Positions 50,501 to 57,920 of a stretch of DNA of 64,000 bases are shown here, one piece after another. Source of the DNA: Flectonema sp. DT1601. Taxonomy: Eukaryota. Location: NCBI GenBank assembly GCA_964019425.1, contig OZ025796.1, forward strand, positions 558,001-622,000, read 5' to 3'. Made by a program: the position numbers and the translations under genes. The notes below the pieces were generated by a model. It was not told where the DNA came from. It made no database searches and saw only the letters and a list, made by a program, of their open reading frames with translations. How positions within the stretch are numbered: position 1 is the stretch's first letter; every line of letters starts with the position of its first letter.

Positions 50501-52306
50501 ATTCAACTTCCTCAAGACCCCCGGTTTGATGAACTTCAGAGGGAGCTACGTCAGGAACGGGCTGAGAAAGGAGAACTTAGGGAGCTGCTGAAATCTCTTC
50601 AACACCAACTGAAGGAAATGACGCAAGAACTTAACTTGCAGAGAATGGAAGCTCAGGAGCAAAGGGAGGCTGCCAAGAAAGAGTCACTAGGAATGCAAGC
50701 CCGCTACCTGCAGGAATTACAAGCGGAGAGAGCTCAGGTGAAGGAGCTCAATCACTTGAGGGCGGATGAAGATGATGTTGCGATGGCAGTCGTACAACGG
50801 GAAGTCGCATCGGATGAGAATCTCCATCTGAATATGATGCGTGAACTGGAAGGGGACAGGAAAAAGAGCTCGAAGGTAATTACTGAAGCTCAACTGTCTG
50901 AGAGGGAGGGTCTTAGGACTCAGATGACGAAGGAGGAGGGTAAGCTTGCACTCGTTCAAGGCAAGTTCGAAAATGATGCCCTGAAGGAGGAGGCTTTGGT
51001 GACGAGACTGGAGCTGGTGCCGGAGTACTGGCCGGATAACATGGTGTTATCAGAGGCTAGCTACAAGGCTGGTGGGAGAGGAGTGTACCTCACAACCACG
51101 AAGGAAGTAAGAAGGAGAATGGCTGGGGCTGAGCTGGGTGCCTGGGAATCGCTGACCTTGGTCACGTTGTTTCCCCCTACGGATAAAGCGAAGGAAGTGC
51201 AGGTCGTGTTGAAGGTGAAGACTGACGATGGGGTGAAGAGATCTCTGAGGAGGCTGTGGCTATCAGCCCTGGGTAGGGAGGTCCTCCCAAAAGGAACGGA
51301 TATCAGTGCGACGGTAAGAACGAGGGAACTGGTTGCTCGGTTGGACAAGAGATGGGCCGAGGAGAAGAGATGGTTGGAGGTGAAGCGTTCTCCGATGAAA
51401 CTATCCCAGGAACTGAAGAAGTTACCGGGGTACGTTGATACCTACAACGCTAGAGTAGGTGATCAACAAATAACGGTCATGCTGCGGGTAAAGGAAACGG
51501 AGGTGAAGAACTTCCTCAGGGAGTCAGGGAAGGAGGGCACCTTTACCAAAGAAAGAGATCACCTGGATGAGAAGGCAGTGAAGGCATCTGTTCTGTGGTT
51601 GCCGAAGGATGACACCCTCAGTTTGGCGAGAGACAAGGCGGAAGAAGTTGAGGGAGGTCTAGGGTTAGTGCTTAACGAGTATGGCCTTGGTATAAGGGTT
51701 AACAGTTGGCATGAGAAGGCTGCGAGGGAGATGTTGCACCTGCCGGCGAAACTTCCGGAGACCAGGATCTCGGGAATCCCAATAGGAACTTCGACGGATG
51801 AAGCGGTGAAATACCTCATCTCGAGGGAAGGATGGGAGGTGAGGAAGATGAAGGATGGTGTTCGGAACGGGATGCGGTGGATGGTCGTGCGTGGTCCCGA
51901 GAGGGATGGCGAGACTGTCACCATCGACGGAGTCCTTTGTCTACTCGAGCCGATGAAGAAGAAGGTGGTTGCTCCTGTGAAGTCGGTCAAAGTAGCCCCG
52001 AAGGTGAAGGAACAGAAGCCGGAAAAGCGAAGGGATCCTTCGGAGGGCACGGACAAGTGGTATACGCGTGTGGAATTCATTGCGTACCACGGTAAGAAGA
52101 AGGGAATCCGTCTGTGGGGGGAGGCATCGCAGAACGCACAGGAAGCTTCGGTGAAGCTGGAATCGGTATCGACCCCTGAACAGCAGAAACAGAACAAGAA
52201 GGAAAAGAATACACCTCCAAAGAATGATGAACGGAAGAAGTGTTCAGTCGAGGATAGACTGGAACGTCTTGAGCGTCTGCTCTTGTCGCTTGTAGGGAGC
52301 AAGTGA
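50501..52306 (+). CDS. Family A ORF1 (coiled coil plus conserved ORF1 core), probably 5'-truncated
   Basis: Frame is open from the junction at 50501 (first ATG 50618). Homologous to family C ORF1: FLRESGKEGTF..SVLWL..GLGIRV versus FLSVSGRGGMF..SVIWL..NYGVRV. Confidence 0.85.
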   Translation: MQLPQDPRFDELQRELRQERAEKGELRELLKSLQHQLKEMTQELNLQRMEAQEQREAAKKESLGMQARYLQELQAERAQVKELNHLRADEDDVAMAVVQREVASDENLHLNMMRELEGDRKKSSKVITEAQLSEREGLRTQMTKEEGKLALVQGKFENDALKEEALVTRLELVPEYWPDNMVLSEASYKAGGRGVYLTTTKEVRRRMAGAELGAWESLTLVTLFPPTDKAKEVQVVLKVKTDDGVKRSLRRLWLSALGREVLPKGTDISATVRTRELVARLDKRWAEEKRWLEVKRSPMKLSQELKKLPGYVDTYNARVGDQQITVMLRVKETEVKNFLRESGKEGTFTKERDHLDEKAVKASVLWLPKDDTLSLARDKAEEVEGGLGLVLNEYGLGIRVNSWHEKAAREMLHLPAKLPETRISGIPIGTSTDEAVKYLISREGWEVRKMKDGVRNGMRWMVVRGPERDGETVTIDGVLCLLEPMKKKVVAPVKSVKVAPKVKEQKPEKRRDPSEGTDKWYTRVEFIAYHGKKKGIRLWGEASQNAQEASVKLESVSTPEQQKQNKKEKNTPPKNDERKKCSVEDRLERLERLLLSLVGSK

Positions 52307-52384
52307 CTTGACGGGCGGGATTGGGCGGAAACGCGAAGGCGTCTTCTGCTACTGGCGGGTGACGTAGAGAGGAATCCGGGACCG
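52307..52384 (+). other. 2A StopGo ribosome-skipping peptide
   Basis: LDGRDWAETRRRLLLLAGDVERNPG|P matches the D(V/I)ExNPG|P consensus with an upstream Leu-rich helix. Confidence 0.9.
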
Positions 52385-55300
52385 AGACGCCGTCATGATG
52401 GACCCACTTCGGAGCTGCGAGTTATCAGCTGGAACTGCAGAACGATCAACGGAAGAGAGGAGTTCATAGGAAATATCCTGGGAAAGTACAGCCCTGATGT
52501 ATTATGCCTGCAGGAAACCTCAGTTCGGAAGCCTCTATATCACTGGAATTACATCACGTACAGGAGAGATAGACCGGGTAGAGGTGGCGGTATAATCACC
52601 ATGGTGAAGAGAGGCCTTCAGCATGCTTGCTATGAAGTCTGTATCCCTTCGGTTAGAGGAATTGTTGAGACATTGGGTGTCAGGATTAATGATGAGATAA
52701 ATGTTCTCAACGTGTATTCGCCGCCAAGTTCTAAGATAGATTTTGATCTCTTCCCTTTGAAGCGTGATGAAAGGTTTATATTTGCTGGTGACTTCAATGC
52801 CCATCATAAACTCTGGTCGAAGAAGACGGATACGAAGGGCTGCCAGCTTCTGGAGTGGTGCAGATCTAATAACCTTCTAATTGCAAACGATCCGGGATTT
52901 GTGACGTTGCCGAGACACGGGACTTCGCCGGATGCAATCCTACACCACGAGGAGTTACTACTACTACACTTCGGGCTAATAGGTGATGGCACTGAACATG
53001 GATCTGATCACTTACCTCTTGCTGCTGTCTTTGATACGTTCTCACCTCTGGAAACAGTTAACAACCAGGCATCGAAAAAATCAGTCTGGGACTTTAATAC
53101 AGCTGATTGGTACTCGTTCCGTCATGATTTGGATTACCGACTTAGCAAGGTGAACAGTCCTCCGAAGGTGGGTATCAGAGCGGCAACATTTAACCGTATC
53201 CTGCTTCATGTGGCGAAGAAGAACATCCGCAGAAGGCTCAGGATCCAGGGTAAGAGGAGGAGAATGTGGAATTCCTCAACCCCTGAGACCAAACAAGCGA
53301 AGGGAAAATTCGTTGCTGAGAAACTTGCACAAGGTGAAGGTTTTGCATTCGCCTTTAAGAAGATTAAGGACTTGGATGCCGATGGGGGACAGGACGTCCA
53401 AATCCCTGAATTCAGTGAGGACCAACTCCCCAGTAAATTTCTCGATCAGTTCGTTAAGACCTCTGTCAGGAAACAACTGAAATCTTCGAAGCTGAAGCCA
53501 AGTGATTACGTAGGTGCTTGTGGACCTCTGGTGATGTCTGAGCTTGAGCGCGCCATCAAGAAGGTTAAAACTGGTAAGGCTCCTGGTCCTGATGGAATCC
53601 ACGGGGCGATGCTGAAGAACCTTTCTGCAACCGGTAGACGTTTTCTCTTAGCGGTGTTCAACGACTCCTGGCTCTCAGCTAGAGTTCCGAAGGTCTGGAA
53701 AGAGGGTATGATCAAACCGGTATACAAACCGGGTAAACCCAAAGAAAAGCTATCCAGCTACAGACCGATCACGTTGACATCTGTAGTCGGTAAAATGCTT
53801 GAACGGATAATTTACGACAGGCTAATGTATTGGTTGACGTCAAATAATGCCTTGTCCTCCATTCAGGCAGGCTTCAGAAGGGGTAGGAATACTTGCGAGC
53901 AAATCTCACTGCTGGTCAATGCGCTTCATGGTGCGAGAAAAGGTGGCAAGAGTTCGATACTGCTCTCTTTCGACTTCACTGAGGCATTTGATAGGATAAA
54001 TCATGTTAAACTGATTGCTAAAATGGTGACGATGGGGATTCCTTCACCATTCATCGGATGGGTCGCTAACTTTCTGACGCGAAGGAAGGCAAAGGTTAGT
54101 GTCAATGGCAATCTGAGCGCATACAGAACTGTGACGAAAGGTGTTCCGCAAGGGTCGATTGTTGGGCCTCTCCTTTATCTGATATATGTCGACGACCTGG
54201 CTAAGAAACTTGAGAAGACCGGATGTGTTTCAGCACTCTACGCAGACGACACAGCTTGTGTGGTTTCGAATAAGGATTTTAAAGTAACTTACCGGATGGC
54301 GCAATTAGTCCTTGGGTTAGTAGATCGTTGGTGCAAAGATAATGACATGGCACTGTCGGTTTCGAAGACCTGCGGGATGCCGGTGGACTGTCCTAGGAAT
54401 ATGTATTGGAGACTGGGATTCCCCAGAACGACAGGAGAGAACTTCTTTCGGATCAGTAGGGATGAACTGGCTGGGATGATTCGGTCAAATGAAGAAGGTA
54501 GGCCATTACTTGGAAATGGGGCGATGATCCTCAAGCTGGGTGATACGGAGGTTACGAAGGCAAGTGAACTTCTTGAACTGATGCCAGTGGGTCCGGATCC
54601 GACCTGGGTGAAGTTGCTGACTGCCGTACTCATGCCGATGGTGGATAGTGTTAAGTACTTGGGTGTCCATATTGACGATGACCTTACATATGGTACACAA
54701 GTGGATAAACTACTGGATGAGACGAGGAAGGGACTTGTTCTGCTTCGAAAGTTGGAGCTATTCAACTTTGATTTCAAAACGCTGAACATGATCAAGAACT
54801 TATACATCCTCTCAAGGATTCTGTATGGGCTTGAGAGCTATGGACCTTTCCTGACAGATGAACAGCTTAAACCTATTGACCTGAATCTGAGGAAGATAGC
54901 TAGAAAGATCACTGGCTGCGGCTTCAACACAAGGTCCCTTCCGTTACTGTGGGAGGCGAACATACTACCGATGAGACTGCAGATTGAGAAGCAAGCCAGG
55001 ATTGCTTTATTTAGGTATCGGTCACTGGATTGGGTTCCTTCTACGAAGGGAATCGCTAGTGGAACTTGGAGTTCAACTTTACCGGCTGAGGACCGTAATA
55101 TGGAGATCCAGGGGATTGTCATGCCTGACAGCATCGAGCCATGGATAGATGTTCCGAACCTGGAGATATCTTGCGGATATGGACATTCGAAGAACGGTGT
55201 TGCTGAAGTGGACAAGGCTAAGTTCGAGGAGTACTGCAGCGAACTTAGGCCATGTACCTCGTCCATTTTTGTTGACGGATCCCACGACCCTGTCAACTAC

Positions 55301-56170
55301 ACGGCAGGCGCAGCGGCAGTGCAGATCACGCCGTGTGAACGGACCATGGCATCGAGACTTGTTGCAACGGAAAGTAGTTATAAAGCTGAACAGGTAACTC
55401 TGAAGCTGTTAATAAGTGAATTTGAAAAAGCAACCTCTGTCTTGGGTCCCAGATCTGGAATCACGAGAGTCTTCAGTGATTCTAAATCCAATCTGGATGA
55501 GCTGCGTGGTGGAATTGCGGCTCAGAGGAAGCTGAACTCTCTCTCGATACTAGAAGGGATAAGAAAATTAGACTCATTCGTTCACCTTCAATTCATCCCA
55601 GCTCATGTGGGAATTGAACCGCATGACAAGGCAGATGAACTGGCGAAAAAGATCTCAAAAGATGTTAAGAGCAAGCCGGTGTCAACGACTATGGACTTCT
55701 TCGCACATAAGTCAAGGATAGCGAGGGAAGCTAACAGAAAGCTGTTTGGTAAGATTATGGAGGGTTCAACAAGGGCGAAACCACCGATCAAACGGGTGAT
55801 GCTTAGGCAATATCTTGATGCTACCGGAGGCCTGAGAGCGGCTCGATACCCCAAGGACATGCTGAGAGAATCAGAGATAAGGATAGCCAGGTTCAGAACG
55901 GGCTCTCACCCCCTGCTCAGGGTAAATGAACTACCGATAAAGTGCCCCTTCTGCAAAAGAACAGACTCTTCTGCCCGACATCTAATATTTGATTGCGAGG
56001 ATGGTGACGTGGTCCGCATTAGAGAAGGAACAATTAGATCAAACATTCAGGAAGCGAGAATCTCCGAGACCAAACTAAATCTTTCAATAATGTTTGCGAC
56101 GAGAAATCTTCACGCCCTAGCCGGCTACTTATGGCATTTGGAACAACGAACAGGCTTATCAAACTGTTAA
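52307..56170 (+). CDS. Family A ORF2: 2A peptide, APE endonuclease, reverse transcriptase, RNase H, Zn knuckle; no AUG start
   Basis: In frame with ORF1 after TGA. LLLLAGDVERNPGP, ISWNCR, LQET, GDFNAH, SDH, KAPGPDG, GVPQGS, YADD, KYLG, FVDGS, FSDS, CPFC..H..C. Confidence 0.93.
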   Translation, partial: LDGRDWAETRRRLLLLAGDVERNPGPRRRHDGPTSELRVISWNCRTINGREEFIGNILGKYSPDVLCLQETSVRKPLYHWNYITYRRDRPGRGGGIITMVKRGLQHACYEVCIPSVRGIVETLGVRINDEINVLNVYSPPSSKIDFDLFPLKRDERFIFAGDFNAHHKLWSKKTDTKGCQLLEWCRSNNLLIANDPGFVTLPRHGTSPDAILHHEELLLLHFGLIGDGTEHGSDHLPLAAVFDTFSPLETVNNQASKKSVWDFNTADWYSFRHDLDYRLSKVNSPPKVGIRAATFNRILLHVAKKNIRRRLRIQGKRRRMWNSSTPETKQAKGKFVAEKLAQGEGFAFAFKKIKDLDADGGQDVQIPEFSEDQLPSKFLDQFVKTSVRKQLKSSKLKPSDYVGACGPLVMSELERAIKKVKTGKAPGPDGIHGAMLKNLSATGRRFLLAVFNDSWLSARVPKVWKEGMIKPVYKPGKPKEKLSSYRPITLTSVVGKMLERIIYDRLMYWLTSNNALSSIQAGFRRGRNTCEQISLLVNALHGARKGGKSSILLSFDFTEAFDRINHVKLIAKMVTMGIPSPFIGWVANFLTRRKAKVSVNGNLSAYRTVTKGVPQGSIVGPLLYLIYVDDLAKKLEKTGCVSALYADDTACVVSNKDFKVTYRMAQLVLGLVDRWCKDNDMALSVSKTCGMPVDCPRNMYWRLGFPRTTGENFFRISRDELAGMIRSNEEGRPLLGNGAMILKLGDTEVTKASELLELMPVGPDPTWVKLLTAVLMPMVDSVKYLGVHIDDDLTYGTQVDKLLDETRKGLVLLRKLELFNFDFKTLNMIKNLYILSRILYGLESYGPFLTDEQLKPIDLNLRKIARKITGCGFNTRSLPLLWEANILPMRLQIEKQARIALFRYRSLDWVPSTKGIASGTWSSTLPAEDRNMEIQGIVMPDSIEPWIDVPNLEISCGYGHSKNGVAEVDKAKFEEYCSELRPCTSSIFVDGSHDPVNYTAGAAAVQITPCERTMASRLVATESSYKAEQVTLKLLISEFEKATSVLGPRSGITRVFSDSKSNLDELRGGIAAQRKLNSLSILEGIRKLDSFVHLQFIPAHVGIEPHDKADELAKKISKDVKSKPVSTTMDFFAHKSRIAREANRKLFGKIMEGSTRAKPPIKRVMLRQYLDATGGLRAARYPKDMLRESEIRIARFRTGSHPLLRVNELPIKCPFCKRTDSSARHLIFDCEDGDVVRIREGTIRSNIQEARISETKLNLSIMFATRNLHALAGYLWHLEQRTGLSNC

Positions 56171-56506
56171 CTGATTGGTAGTTGCTAATTCATTAGTATC
56201 ATTCTTCCTTATCACACTCCTTAATCAACTCCTAATTTCTCTGAGGACATCCGCAGAGCTTCATGGCTCGTAGGTAACCCAGTGGTCTTTGGCCACCGTC
56301 CCTGTACTGATCCTTCGCTTTATATTAACTGTGTCTTGAGATTCCTATCCGGGGAAGTCCTCCAACGGACTCAGGACAGTTGCGCTTGTTTTTACTTGTT
56401 TACTTTATCAAAAAATAAGAAGGGCAAGAATGCTCAGAATGAAGAAAAATAAAGTGGAAAGACAGGGGGGATGTGACTAAATAAATAATAAAAAGAATTT
56501 TATTTA

Positions 56507-56719
56507 TGGTCTTTAGCCACCGTCCCTGTACTGATCCTTCGCTTTATATTAACTGTGTCTTGAGATTCCTATCCGGGGAAGTCCTCCAACGGACTCAGGA
56601 CAGTTGCGCTTGTTTTTACTTATTTACTTTATCAAAAAATAAGAAGGGCAAGAATGCTCAGAATGAAGAAAAATAAAGTGGAAAGACAGGGGGGATGTGA
56701 CTAAATAAAATAAAAAAAA
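56507..56719 (+). mobile_element. Short 3'-end copy of family A in tandem with the long copy
   Basis: Near-identical to 56283-56494, with its own A tail followed again by AAAAAGAA. Confidence 0.9.
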
Positions 56720-56831
56720 GAATTTCTTTTTTAAGAAAAGAAAGAATTGATAATTAAATAAAAAGAAAATATAAATCTACTTTCTGCTTATAAAGCTACT
56801 TTCTGTACTTTATTGACATACACAACACAAA

Positions 56832-57920
56832 ATGGCTGACTGGAATGTATCCGATGGAATCGTTGTTATTGCTGAAACTACAGAAAAAGCACTAGCTGAA
56901 GCTAACGTTAGCGCTGAAGAATTTTTGAATGAAAATAGTGAACTAAAAACAGTGTTCCATAGAGTTTTTACCTCTTTGGATTATAACAGTAGGATCCTGG
57001 GCATGTTTCGACCAGATGTTTCTGAAGTAGAGACAAACGGAAGTCTCCCCAAAATCAAAATTTTTTCTATCTTGATAAAAATAAAGGAAGAACATCAAAG
57101 GACATTCCTGAGTGTATCAGGAAGGGGTGGTATGTTTTTTAGGCTGAAAAAAGATAACCCTTTAAATAGGGTGATAAGTGTAATATGGCTGGGGAAAACG
57201 GACCTAAAAAGTGCCGTAGAAATAAACAACAAAGTGAGCAACGCATATGGCGTCGCATTATGCAGAGGGAATTATGGCGTGAGAGTAGAGAGTGCTTCCC
57301 GTGAGGAGGTGCGCAAAAGTATTGGCGTGAAATCTCTGGGGTACTTCTCAGTTGAGGGTATCCCAAAGGGACTCCCAGCAGAGAATATCGCAATTAACTT
57401 TGCGACTAAGGACATCGCTGCGAAAGCGATAAAAATAATTGACGGCAAGTGGATCGTCAAAATAGAAGACGACTTCCTGGGAGCAGAGGACAGGATGGTC
57501 CTAGAATGGCCAGAAAGTGGTGTGACACTGCGGTGTAACCGGACAGAAAGGCCAAAGCCTAGATCAATTACGCATACTGCAAAAAGTGAACCACAAGTAA
57601 AGTCTGGTGAGACAAAACAACAGGAAAATAAACAAGAAAATAGTGGAATTGAGAGCAAGCTCGACAAATTATTATCAATGAACGAGACATATTTTAATAA
57701 AATAGACAATATAGAAAAGAATGTTGAGTTAAGCAACAAAAGAATCGCAAACGTCGAAATCAATGCGACGAAACAAAACAGAAACTTTGAAGTAATAGAG
57801 AAGCGTTTCAAAGAAATTGAAACAAAATTAGAAATTTTATTGCCAGGACTAGGTCAGACAGAAATTACCGGCACTACTGGTGACACTGACATGGACATGT
57901 CAAATGGTGAATATGAATGA
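56832..57920 (+). CDS. Family C ORF1
   Basis: 362 aa. ATG is preceded by an in-frame stop at 56814. Homologous core to family A ORF1; C-terminal coiled coil. Confidence 0.85.
   Translation: MADWNVSDGIVVIAETTEKALAEANVSAEEFLNENSELKTVFHRVFTSLDYNSRILGMFRPDVSEVETNGSLPKIKIFSILIKIKEEHQRTFLSVSGRGGMFFRLKKDNPLNRVISVIWLGKTDLKSAVEINNKVSNAYGVALCRGNYGVRVESASREEVRKSIGVKSLGYFSVEGIPKGLPAENIAINFATKDIAAKAIKIIDGKWIVKIEDDFLGAEDRMVLEWPESGVTLRCNRTERPKPRSITHTAKSEPQVKSGETKQQENKQENSGIESKLDKLLSMNETYFNKIDNIEKNVELSNKRIANVEINATKQNRNFEVIEKRFKEIETKLEILLPGLGQTEITGTTGDTDMDMSNGEYE

Larger units (their letters stand above)
50501..56494 (+). mobile_element. Near full-length two-ORF non-LTR retrotransposon family A (ingi/I-group-like: APE-RT-RNase H-Zn knuckle)
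   Basis: ORF1, intact ORF2, ~310-nt 3' UTR and (TAAA)n-A tail. Possible TSD AATAAAAAGAA at 50457-50467 and 56487-56497. Confidence 0.95.

Noticed and set aside
50501..50620. ingi/L1Tc-type 77-nt 5' signature or HDV-like ribozyme
   Set aside because: Not recognisable. Copy A is 5'-truncated within ORF1, and the family C leader is simply AT-rich.
52304..52306. Alternative genetic code with UGA as a sense codon
   Set aside because: Host genes end in TGA (8656, 18546), use TGG for Trp, and show no internal TGA.
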